A DNA stretch of 60,177 nucleotides from Fonticula alba ATCC 38817. Taxonomy: Eukaryota; Protista; Nucleariida. Shown here one piece after another: positions 23,949 through 35,675 of the stretch. The stretch is from assembly GCA_000388065.2 (NCBI GenBank), contig KB932202.1; one strand, written 5' to 3'. The notes beneath the pieces are model-generated. The model saw only the letters and a program-made list of their open reading frames with translations, was not told where the DNA came from and did no database searches. Both the position numbers and the translations under genes were made by a program. Position 1 is the first letter of the stretch. Each line of letters starts with the position of its first letter.

Positions 23949-25905
23949 TCACTCCGGGGGAGGTGTCCCTGGGGGCGTCCCGGGAGGCGTCCCTGGCGGG
24001 GTGCCGGCCGATTTGACGGCTTCGGGCTCGTCGACCACCACTGCCGCTGCTGCTTCCACCGCCGCCGCCGTCGCCACCACCGGCACAGGGGCGGCAACTT
24101 GCGGCCGCTGCTTGGGCTCGAAGCGCACCGTGAAAACGCTCTCCCGGGGCCGGGTCCAGACGCGCGCCGCAATTAGCAGCCTTTACAACCGAGGGGGGAG
24201 GGGGGAAACACGCCGTGAGGGATTGTGGCGAGTCAGCCTGGGATCATGTGGGAAAAAAACAGGAGAGCGAGAGCAAGGCCAGAAGCCAAAGGCTGACATA
24301 CCAGTCGATGTTGATAATGTGTAGTCTGGCACCGGAGGACCCGGTCTCAGCCAGGCGCTTGTGCTCCAGCGCCTCATGCACCAGAGGGCTCACGAAGGGA
24401 GGGCGCTGGATTGGGCGCAATGTCAGAGGAGAAAAAAACACCGGTGCCGGGAGGATCTTCCCCAAGGGAGGGAGAGGAGAAAAAACAACAAACGGCAGGA
24501 GAGAGGGCCTCGAGCAGAGGCGAGCAGGTTCCATCGTACCCCCGGCACCAAGACGTGCGTGGTGTCATAGTCGAAGGTCCGCGTACAAACGGCCCCGAAA
24601 AACTCGGCCAGCTGCCAGAAGTCGNNNNNNNNNNGGGGGGGGGGGGCGATTATTAGTAGCCAAAGGAGGAGCGCGCTTTCGGACGCGGCGAAGCTGTGAC
24701 ACGCACTTGGTCGGGTCCGCATTTGGCGGGATGATGGAATGGCAGAAGGCCACTCGACAACCGGCCAGGATCCGGGTGCGCTGCTTTTTGAGGAACACCG
24801 TCACATCCGGTGGCAGAGACCCGGCAATGTGCGCGCCCTGCTCCAGGTCCTGGAAGTAGGCCCCATGTAGCGACCGCAGCAGGCGGGTTATCCGGGGGAG
24901 GACATCATCACGCAGATCATTGGACAGGGTCTTCCAGCGGCCGGAATGCGCCGCTGCCAAGGCCTGGAAGTCCTTCACCGGGCAGCTGGACTCGGCGGCG
25001 CCACCATTGGCCGCACCGGCCTCCCCGCCGGCCGTCGATGTCGGGGCGTTGCCCGGCCGGACGACGGCGCCGGTGCTGTCCACAACGTTGACATTGCTGG
25101 CACTGAGGAAGAAGCGGTCTGTCACAGGGACCGGAGAGGGGGGCGAAGCGGAGAAGAGGGTGAGACGAGGAGACCGGACAATCGGATCAGGCGCATCGGC
25201 CCGGGGCCCAGCAGCATAGCAAGAAGGCGGATCAAGCCCAAGGTGGGGAAGCAAGGCCGCCGGCGCGCCGGCGCATGCACAACGCACAGGGATGCACGCG
25301 GATCAGATTGGGGCACCAGTTCCACACGTCTCCACGGTCATCCAGAATCAGGACCATGGAGTTGTCGGACAGGAAGAGCCGGCCAAGATTCTTGCCGCTG
25401 ATGCCTGATACAGGAGGCGAGGCGAGGCGGGGAGAGAGAGAGAGAGGGAGGGAGGGAGGGAGAGGAGTCAGAAAAGGAAGGCAGCAGAGAAATGATGAGA
25501 GGCACAGCGGAACCACGCAGGCAGGATGGGGCGCAGGGGCCCTGGCAGCAGGCGCGCCCGGAAGTGGACGCACTTTGGTTGGAATCACGAGTGAGAATGC
25601 GTGAGCCGAAGTACCGGTGCGTGGGATCCAGAATGGCGGCCACACTGCGGCCATACGCCTCATTGCCGTGCGTGTAGATGTGCATTTCGAAGAGCTCAGA
25701 GCACGTTTGCAGGAAGTCCCGCAGGCCCGGGCGCAGGCGCGCATAAATCCCGGCAATCGTGGGGAAGGTGTCCTCAAGGCCGACGGAACGCATCAACTCC
25801 GGGAAGGAGGAGATCGGCATCGAGTCGGCCCCCGCAGCCGGTGCAGCCCCCTCCGCCGGGACATTGGTCATTTGAGTGGATAGGCGCGGCGACCCCGGGC
25901 CGGCT

Positions 25906-25940
<35 letters not shown>

Positions 25941-27569
25941 GCCACCGGCCGGGGCCACCACTCCAGCCTGATCATCGATGGTCCGGCTGACGGTGTCCGG
26001 GAAGAGGCGCGCCGCCCGGTCGATGATGTCTCGGACCACCGGATCATCCGTGGCATGGAGCAGGGTCTGGTCGATGTCCAGCACCAGGGTAAGCCGGCGC
26101 TCCTGGCGCAGCTTCTCGAAGTGCTGCTGCAGGGCCAGGTGCGCGTGGTCAATTTGCATGCGCAACTGGCTGGAGTTGTGGAAGACCTCGGCAAACATAT
26201 CCTGCTCGCAGGACATATCAAACACCTGATGGCATTCCACACACTTGTCCTTCAGGATCAGCACATGCGCACAGAACTCCTGCACCACCATCACAGCCTG
26301 GCCCTTCTCCACAAACTCATCCGGCTGCTTGAGGATCTCCAGCACCCGGCCTCGGATTTGGGAATACAGCATGCCGGTGTCGGCGACCAGGCGCCGGCGC
26401 TGCGGGGCACTCGGACCGGCCGCCACCGAATCGTCATCGCTCTGGATGCTTGTCTGGATGCCGGTGCGCTCCAGGAGGCGCCGATGGTGCTCGGCGCGCT
26501 GGCGCTTAGCCGACCGGGCTGCCGGGCTAGCCGGACGCTTGAGCGGATCCTGCGACAGGGAGTAGGCTCGCTCCAAATCGGCCTCCTCACACTCATCATC
26601 GAAGTCGTCGTCCACCGACCCGCCGAAGCGCCCGACCGAGCAGGAAACCCCCTCGGCCTCGGCGTCCGCGTCGACATCCACATCGGTCGATGACACGGCA
26701 GCCGGGCTGGATTCGGTGCTGGACGCCCCACCATCAACCCCGGCGATGGAGGAAAGATCCCTGTCGCTGTCATCCGAGCTATCGCCAGCACTCTCCTCGT
26801 CGCTGTCATTGCCACTGCCGCCCGTGGCCGAGCCCGAAGGTGGAGGATCGATGAGCCGAGTGACGGGCTCCGGCGGGGCGCCGGCCGCCGCCGCCGCCGC
26901 CCCGGAGCTCTCCGGCCCAGGGCGGCTGTCGACGCCGCCCACATGCCCAGGGGGGTCAGGTCGCGTGCCGGGCGCCGCCGTGGCCATCGGCGCAGCCACG
27001 GCCGAAGTGGCCGCCGCCGCCGCCGCCGCCGCCGTCGCCGCCGTGGCACTGGCCACCGGCGATCCAACCTGCGGGCTGGAGAAGTGCTCCAGCGAAAGAC
27101 GGCTATTCAGATCGTCCGATCGAAGGACCGTCGTCTCGCCGGACTCCGTTTCGTCCACGCGCTCGGATGCCATCACATGGACCACGGTCTCTTCCTTGAG
27201 GAAGGAATAGACTCCGAGACGCTACATTGGGTTAGACCACGGCACATCCGCACACGGGGAAAGCACACACACACACACACACATGGGCCCGAGGCGGTGT
27301 TGGCGATATGGCCAGCCGTGAAGGCGGCGAAGGGGGAGAGAGAGAGAGAGAGAGAGAGAGAGACGGCGCACCTCGTTGATCTTGACATCCTGACCGACGG
27401 CCACGTTCCAGGAGATGATGCGCGCCCGCTCAACTGTCGGGGGCAGCTTGATCCGATGGACCTTGCCTTTGGGCAGGTTTGGGTCGGTCGGGGCTGTGGC
27501 CGCTGACTTGGAGAGCTCCTCGGCCAAGGAGGTCTTGTACTTCACGCCGGACCGTCTAAACGGCGGCAT
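23949..27569 (-). CDS. FCP1: RNA polymerase II CTD phosphatase FCP1 (FCPH + BRCT)
   Basis: N-terminal IISWNVAVGQDV; CAHVLILKDKCVEC; catalytic LVLDIDQTLLHA (DxDxT); RLRPGLRDFL..FEMHIYTHG; YFGSRILTRD; VLILDDRGDVW; BRCT ILAGCRVAF..FGAVC..TTHVL..INIDW|L. Exon 1 is 27569-27372, exon 2 starts at 27221, last exon starts at 24180. The exact 3' end is uncertain. Confidence 0.92.
23958..24005 (-). repeat. 12-nt coding tandem repeat giving (GTPP)4 at the FCP1 C-terminus
   Basis: ggc acc ccg cca / ggg acg cct ccc / ggg acg ccc cca / ggg aca cct ccc, in frame with the BRCT exon. Confidence 0.8.
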
Positions 27570-28247
27570 TTTTTTGGGCTTTTGGAGGAGGACAGGCGGG
27601 GGAGAGGAGAAGGAGGAGGAGGAAGAGGAGGAGGAGGAGGAGGAGGAGGGGCAAAGTGCGGACGTGGAGTAACGGAAAGGAGGAGAGGCCAGGGAAAGGC
27701 GGGCGCAGACAGCACGGGGAGAGATTGCAAAGGGAAGGGGAGAAATCTGGTGATCGCCCTTTCAACAGGGGGGCCACTTCTAGGCGGGTCCCGAAAAAGT
27801 GTCCGCCCCCATGCGAAGAGTGGGCAGGTGCCAGCCGCCGAGGTGCCCACACACCGGGTTAGTCTCGACCCCAGCCCGGGCGCGCCCAAGATCTGGAACA
27901 AATCCCCCACCCACCCACCCGCCCTCGCGCACATATGCGTCCGCCGCACCACACGTTTATCGCCCCTGTCCGCGGTGGCAAGATCTCCCGGAAACAAGCG
28001 CCCGTCTTGGACCTGAGGGATCTTGCCGGGTTCCCCGGCCAGCCCGCTCCTTCTCCCACCTGGCCGAGTGTCCATGGCGCTGACCGGCGGAAGGGAGAGC
28101 GACGCGCCGGGGGGGGGGGGAGCGAAGATTCATCAGCCAAGTCGATAGAGCCCGCTAGAGACCCGCCTCCATCGAGACATCCCCCACCTCACACACCCCA
28201 CGCCTCTTCTCCTCCCCCTTCGTCGGTCTCACCTTTCTCCCAAAACC

Positions 28248-28977
28248 ATGGGTCAGGCTGCCAGTCGCGCCACAACACAGGCGGGCGCTGCTGTGGCGCG
28301 CTCCACGAGCCAGCAGACGGCCAACACCGCTGCCGCCGCCTCTGCCGCTGCCGCTGCCGCCGCCACGGCTGCTCCTCGGGCCGCTGCTGCCACGGCTGCT
28401 CCCCGGGCCACGGCTGCCACTGCTGGTATGTCGTGTCGGTTGCTTTGCACCTGTCTCGCCCGCCCCCGGTGTACTGACCGCAACCACTGTAGATCCCTTC
28501 GATGCATCCTCGCATGTGGACCCGGCCGAGTCTCTTCTCTCACAAAACCTGGCTGCTCTGGACATGACTGTGAAGCCGGTGGCCGAGTCGTCGATCGTGC
28601 GCACTGAGACGCCGCCCACCCCACTGCCATGACATATAGCCGCCGCCGCCGCCGCCGCCGTCGCCGCCGGCTGCTCCTCTTTTCCTGTCGCCTTTCGCTT
28701 ACCAGGCTTCCCCCTCCCCCTCCCGATGTTCGGCATCACAGGTGGTCGACTCTCGGAAACTGCCCACTCGGCGAACGACCACCCCCTCCAATGCCACCTT
28801 CCATGACCAGGACTTCGACAGCCATGCTGAGCGCGATCTCCTCATGTCCCAGGAGATTAGCCGGCTGAACAACAACCACGTGCGCCTTCCCCCATCCCCT
28901 CTCCCGTGCACCCTCCCCTGGTCGACATGGCCCACATCCCGGCCCGCACTCACCATCCCCTCCTGTTGCCCCCCCCC

Positions 28978-29012
<35 letters not shown>

Positions 29013-29387
29013 CATCGACTTCAGCTCCGCTACATCCTTGGCCGCCTCGAGAAGGACCCCGCCAGCATGGATCAATCCATTCGGGAGGTGCTGGCGCTGC
29101 ATGACCTGATCTCCGTCTCCGACAAGGGCCTCACCCCTGACAACGCCACCGCCGAGCGCCGAATGAAGCTGCTGGACAGTGGCCAGCTGCTGGATGGGCC
29201 CCGCTTGCAGAGTCTCAGCACCACCCTGCGCAGTGACATAGAGCTGATTGATGCCCACTTCACCGACTTCCTGGTGCTGAAGGTCCCCTCCAAGGGCGAG
29301 AGCGCGGAGGAGACATTCAGCCAGGTGGCCGTGTATCCGGTGGCACAGTCGGCGTCTAAGGCCAATGGCCAGGAACAGGCCAAGTGA
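28248..29387 (+). CDS. Hypothetical 4-exon protein, MG N-terminus; weak NDUFAF4-like resemblance
   Basis: Exons 28248-28425, 28493-28596, 28742-28879 and 29025-29387, with canonical phase-compatible splice sites. The family call is tentative. Confidence 0.6.
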
Positions 29388-30252
29388 GGAGAGCCCCCCC
29401 CCCCCCCCCCCGCATTTCGCGGCTGGTGCCTCTGTTTGGCCCTCACAAAATACCAACACCCCCTGCAGCGCCTGTGTTCCTCCGTACAAGTTAAAACCGC
29501 ACCCCAAGGTGCCTGGGGCCCCTCTCTCTCTCTCCCTCTGTAGGGGGGAGGGGGCCTTCTCTCGGTGTCCTCCTGCACAGACATGAACGGCAAGGGCAAG
29601 GGCAAACAGCGCAGGTTCGTCGGGAGGGGGGAGGGGGCGAGGACCAACGCGAGGCGGGCTTTGCGAACATGGCAATGGACAGCATCCCCCGCCGTGTGCT
29701 TAACTGATTCCAGCCCACATAGCTCGATCTCGTGACAAGTCAATATCAGATCGGCCGGGCCACGATCTGGAGCGCACATGCCAACAGACCGCCGGGCCGC
29801 ATGTGGCCGAGATGACCCCCCTGGATGGGCACGAGTCTCCGGGTGGGGCGGGGGGGGGGGGTGGGTCGGAAGCCCATGCTGGCCGGGACATGAGGCCTGC
29901 GGCTCATGGCTGCTCCCCCTGGGAGGGGCCGTTCCTGACTCGGCGGGGGAGGGGCACGAGGAGAAAGGGAAAGCGCATGAGGATCACCCATGCCTCCTGG
30001 GCTGCTGCCCTCCTGAGGGCGGGGTGGCCGGGAGAGGAAGGAACAGTCGGTTGATCGGCCGGCAAGTTGCCCTGTGCACTGCCCTCAGTGCCACCTGAGC
30101 ATACGCACAGTCCGCCCTCCCCCCCCCCCCCCCCCTCCCCAACCACATTTATCGAACACGCCCCTGTCTACCTCGATCCCTCTCCCACCCCCGTGCCACC
30201 CACCGCCGACCCGGTCCCCCGCATCCTTCGCCCCATCCCCAACCTCGCCGCC

Positions 30253-30735
30253 ATGGCCACCACCCCTCTGAACATGGAGACGATGTCTCTTGAGTTCGAG
30301 CAATTCTTCTCGGATGTCCTTGACGCCCCGGAGCGCTCCTTCATCCCGACGACCATCCGGCGCCTGCCGGCGGCTCTGGATGGCCGCGAGCAGGCGGCTG
30401 CCGGGTCGCTGGCCGTGGCCAAGGCGTGCTACACGGCCGTCGAGCAGGCGCATCCGCTGGCCCCGCTGCCCTCCCTGCTTACGGAGGGCTTCGACCATGA
30501 GCAGATCTGGTCGATGATTGAGTTGCGCAACGAGCCGCTGCTGGCCTGGCTGGACGACCTGCTGGAGGTTCCGCGCGTGCGTGGCAACACTTTCACACAT
30601 CGCCCTTCCACCTGGCTGCTTGCTGATCCCCCCTGTCTGCTACTTCATTCGATCGCTCCCTTTGTCGGCGGGACTCCTCCCCCCTCTCCTTGGACTGCGA
30701 AACGCACATGCACACGCACACGCACACGCACACGC

Positions 30736-30767
<32 letters not shown>

Positions 30768-31713
30768 GCACGCACACGCACACGCACANNNNNNNNNNNN
30801 NNNNNNNNNNNNNNNNNNNNNNNNNNNNNNNNNNNNNNNNNNNNNNNNNNNNNCACGCACACGCACACGCACACGCACACACACACACATGTTTGCCGCA
30901 TCTCATTCGACTCCACAGGAGACCCTCCTGGAGGCGCAGCTGAAGGACGCCGAGCAGCTCGGTCTGCTGAAGGGGTCTAGGACCGCCGGCTCGCGCGCTG
31001 GTGCCGACTCCGATGATGAGGACATGGACTCTGACTCGGAAGACGACTTCGACATGGACCTGGATTCTGAGGATGACGATCTCCCTCAGGCGGCCTCCGG
31101 CAAGAAGAAGGCCCCGAAGGCCCCGGTCGCCCCGGTCAAGAAGACCCGCCGCGTGGGCATCCTCGAGGTGGAGTCCGAGGAGGACACCGAGGACGAGGAT
31201 GATGAGGCTGCCCTCAAGCCAACCCCCAAGATGAAGGATGACGACTTCGATTTCGATGATGATGACGATGACCTCGGCGATGATGACGATGATATCGATA
31301 TGTTTGCCGGTGCGTCTGCCGCTCGGTGCTGCCTGCGCGCATGTGTTTACTGTATTGCTCCCCTCTCCACTTGAGCACTTTCACTCATTCCCCCCCCCCC
31401 CTCCCTCCCCTGCCCAGCTCTCCCCTCGGATGATGATGAGGACGCCGGCGCCATCATGGGCAAGGACTTCTTCGGCGAGGATGAGGGCCCGGACGCGTGG
31501 AAGATGCCTGGCGCCTCGGATGACGAGGACGACGAGGAATCCGGCACGAAGAAGGCCAAGCCGAAGTCCACCCGGCGGGTGACCTTCGCCATGGACGCCG
31601 ATGAGGACGATGCCATGGCTGTGGATGCCTCGGACAGCGACGAGGATGCCGGGTCCGACATGGACCTGACAGCCGGCCTGGCCATGCACGACACCGACGA
31701 GGAGGATGGCGAT

Positions 31714-31745
<32 letters not shown>

Positions 31746-33301
31746 CCATGGCGAGGCAGATGATGCCGATGAGGAGGAGGAAACCGAGCGCTTCATGGAG
31801 AAGACCCGCGGCAAGCGCCGGGCCGATGCGGCGGCCGCCGCCCTGGCTGGTCCGCAGAGCAAGAAGCGCAAGCTCTTCGGCGATGATGGTGATGATGATG
31901 ACCAGCTGGTCGGGGAGGACGGCGCGCCGCTGAGCCGGCACGCGCGTGAGCTCCTCAAGCAACAGGAGGCCATGCGTCAGCTGGAGGACGAGTCTCTCGG
32001 CAAGTCGCACTGGATGCACCGTGGTGAGGTGGGCTCCAAGGCCCGGCCGACCAACTCCCTGCTGGAGGAGAACCTGGAGTTTGACCAGACCGCCCGCTCG
32101 GCCCCGGTGGTCACCGAGGAGTACACCCTGACCATTGAGGAGCTCATCAAGCAGCGTATTCGCGACGTGCGCATTACTTTCCTCCCCCCCCCCCCCTTGG
32201 CTTCTTCGCTGTTCCCTCCGGCCCGGTCCCTTTGGGCCGTTGCCCCGTAGCTGCTGGCCCCCTTTCGACTGCCAGGATGTACTCACCCCACCCCCTCCCT
32301 CTCGGACTTGGTCTGTATGCCTTTGCAGGAGATCTGGGACGACCCGGTCCGCAAGGCGGCCCCCTCGCTGGCCTCCACCCTCTTTGAGAACCCGCCGACC
32401 CAGGTGGAGCTGGACGACCAGAAGAGCAAGCAGTCCCTGGCAGACATTTATGCCGATGAGCATGTCGAGAAGACCACCGGCTTCAGTGCCAAGAGCCAGG
32501 AGGTCGAGGCCAAGTGCGTGGAGATCACCACCATGATTGACACCCTCTTCGGCAAGCTGGATGCTCTGGCCAACTTTGCCTACACCCCGAAGCAGGTGCG
32601 CCGACCGTCCCTCCTGGCCTTTTTTCCTCCCCTTCCTCTTCTTCTTTTCTCCCCTCCCTCGGTGGAGTCGTGTACTGACCAGGCGACCATGCGTCGGGCC
32701 TCCTTGCCTCCCCGTGCCCTGCGCCGACCGCACGCAGCCCAAGGTCGAGGTCAAGCACATCAGCCATGCCCCGGCCCTCACGGTGGAGTCGGTGGTGCCG
32801 GCGGCCTTCAGCTCCGCCTCGCGCCTGGCTCCGGAGGAGCTGCACTCGACCAAGACCGACAAGGATTCGGGCATTGTCACGCATGGCCGCGGGCGCCTGG
32901 TGGCTGGCACGACCGAGGTCACGTCGGACGAGCGCCGCCGGGTGCGCAACGCTCGCAAGCGCTCGGCTCGTCTGGAGCGCAAGCGCACCGAGACCGCCGA
33001 GGCCCGGCGCGCCGTGGACGAGGCTTCCGGCGAGGCGGCCATGCGCCAGCTCCGTGGTGCCAAGAACATCACGGTCGTCGGGGCTGCCCTGCAGAAGCAG
33101 GTTTATGGCAAGAAGGCCGGCAAGAAGGCGGCCTCTGCCCCGACCGGCCCGGCCGACACCACCAAGTACACCTCCAGTGCGGCGGTCTTCCGCCGTCTGC
33201 AAGACGACCAGGAGCAGCGCGCAGCCGGCAAGGAGCGTCGTGCGGCGGCCGCTGCCGGGCGCAACTCCGCCGAGGCCAAGAGCAAGTCCCTTCGTCTGTG
33301 A
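30253..33301 (+). CDS. MPP10: U3 snoRNP / SSU processome protein MPP10, multi-exon
   Basis: LLTEGFDHEQIWSMIELRNEP; acidic D/E tracts; WMHRGEVGSKARPTNSLLEENLEFD; EELIKQRIRD|EIWDDP; KSKQSLADIYADE; KLDALANFAYTPK; SRLAPEEL; SSAAVFRRLQD; ends KSKSLRL. Confidence 0.95.
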
Positions 33302-33471
33302 GTGTGGGCTGGCTTTTTGGGCATTGACTTGGTGGGTGCAGGTAGACCCAGTACCTATCCACACTGCAATAGATCACTTACGAAAGGCCCGGGACACGTA
33401 TGTGGGTACATGGCTGGGAGAGGCAGGGAGAGAAAGAAGGAGAATGGTGTATTCAATGTGAAGGACGGCTT

Positions 33472-35675
33472 TCAAGCCAGGTTCACCATAACAGAGCCGT
33501 CATTGCGTAGAGAGTGACGGATCCCGGCTTGCTTCAGATACGAGATGACAGCAGTCTTGATGACTGGAACATTTCCGACACTGTGAGATCCACGGCCAGT
33601 GACCACCTCGATACGCGCTACCGAGGCACAGAGGTACCCGTGTGGGTGTGAGCGCGGGCATGTCAGGAGATGACCAAATATGTGGGACACGAGCCGAGAG
33701 GGCGAGAAGGGGAGAGAGAGAGGGGGAGAGAGAGAGAGGGGGGGAGNNNNNNNNNNNNNNNNNNNNNNNNNNNNNNNNNNNNNNNNNNNNNNNNNNNNNN
33801 NNNNNNNNNNNNNNNNNNNNNNNNNNNNNNNNNNNNNNNNNNNNNNNNNNNNNNNNNNNNNNNNNNNNNNNNNNNNNNNNNNNNNNNNNNNNNNNNNNNN
33901 NNNNNNNNNNNNNNNNNNNNNNNNNNNNNNNNNNNNNNNNNNNGAGGGGGGGGGGAGAGAGAGAGAGAGAGAGAGAGAGAGCAAAGGAGGGAGAAAGAGA
34001 GAAAGAGGAAGGGAGAAGGAGGAGGCAGGGGGAGATGGGCACGCACAGGTCGGCGCCCGACTGATGACCTGCCGAAGGATATCCATGGCGGCTATGCGAT
34101 CCAGACCATGGAGATCAATCTTCGCCATGGCCCCGGGAGCAAGCCGCTGACATGTGGCCAAAATGTGCTGGAGGCGCAATTCCACCACCCAGTCACGTAG
34201 CTCCTCGTAATGCTCGAAGTACAGCCGGTAGTCGGCGGAAAGCGCGGGAAGGGCGCTGGACGTCTGCTGGCGCGTAGACTGGGCCAGCTTCAGCAGGAAG
34301 ATCAGGGCCGGAATGTTGCTCGGCAGCGAGCCGTTCCCCTGCATCTGCACTGCACTGCGAATGTGCTCCACTCGGAAGTAGAAACGCCGCAAAGGGGGGA
34401 GCGTGGTGGAGAAGAAGTTCGCCTGGTTGCCATTAATCCGGTACCCGCGGGAGTGGAGCTCCTCCAAGTCGCCATCCGGCCAGGGGGCGCCAGCCGGCAT
34501 GGTCGCCGAAGAGAACAAAGGCGGACATGACGGGGAGCAAACCGCGGCCGACGCCGGGGGCGGCGAGGGGGACCGCGAAGGGGGAGCCGATGACGCGGGA
34601 GTCGGGCTGCTCGCGCTCTCGGTGGCCACATCAGCCCATGACCGGGAGCCATCAACGAGGCTCCCTCCGCCGGCTGCCTGCAGGCGAACCACACGCTCGA
34701 GAGACTGCTGCAGCCGATTAAGGCGTGCGGTGTCCGACAACTGGGGAAGCTTGGCGATATGCGTCCAAATGGCATCGAACCCTTCATCCGGCACGCCGTG
34801 CTGTCGATAGACAGATCGCAGGGCGCGGACTCGCTTGCGCATGGCCGTCCGAGCGGCCGCTTTGGCTGGACTATCAGCCGCCCGCGGGTTGGAGGAGGAG
34901 GCCCCCGCGCGCGTAGGCTCCAGTCGGTGCGTGAAATTCTCCTGGCCGTGAAGAGTCATAGCCAGGCGGAAATCCTGTTCATACGCCTCCTCCTGCAGGC
35001 GGGCGCGCTCATCCTCCTCGGCCTGCAGCTCCCGGGCAAGGGCCTCATCGGATGCCTGGGCCTGCAATCGAGCACGGCGCACCCAGGGAGGGACGATAGG
35101 GGGCGAGGGGGCGAGAGGCTGTCAGAGGAGCGCTGAGATGGGCAAAGTGGGCATGCGATGCACGGGCAATGTACCAGGCACTGCTCCTCAAGGAGCGCCA
35201 AGAGATCGGGGTCCATGTCCAGCTGCATGTCTCGGAAGTCGTTGGACTCCAATTGGTCGATCATTGCCTGCATGAATTGCTCGTCGGAAAGGCTGCTGCT
35301 GTCAGCCGATCGGGGGCCGAATGTCTCGGGCGCGGGCCTGATGGTGCTGGACTGTGCGCGGGCCAATTCGGCGTGCAGGCGCTCGGTACACATGTCAAGC
35401 AACAGGTCGCCATCGGATACCATGGTCTCCTGGGCGATGTCGGCCAGCGTGGCGCGTATTTGCGCCATCGAGAAGTTCTCGCAAAAGAGGTTCGCCAGGG
35501 CGACGACGATTTTCTGGTGCCCGGTCGAATGGCCGGTGTCGTCGCTGGAGTCTCCCTCTGGCGGGGGACTGGAGCTGGGGCTGGGGCTGGCTGAGGGGGA
35601 ACGGGACGACGAGTGCGCATGGCCCCGTCGAGCCGCGGACTTCTTGCCTTTTTTCATGTGCCGGACAGGGCTCAT
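33472..35675 (-). CDS. Smr-domain endonuclease with ubiquitin-binding-like motifs (N4BP2/Cue2/NONU-1-like)
   Basis: Exons 35675-35175, 35061-34047 and 33617-33472. Smr motifs KIDLHGL..AMDILRQ and RIEVVTGRGSHS..IKTAVISYL. MIU/UIM-like DEALARELQAEE. Confidence 0.88.

Noticed and set aside
31000-31900. Long Asp/Glu triplet runs as a novel repeat element
   Set aside because: Acidic tracts are a normal feature of MPP10.
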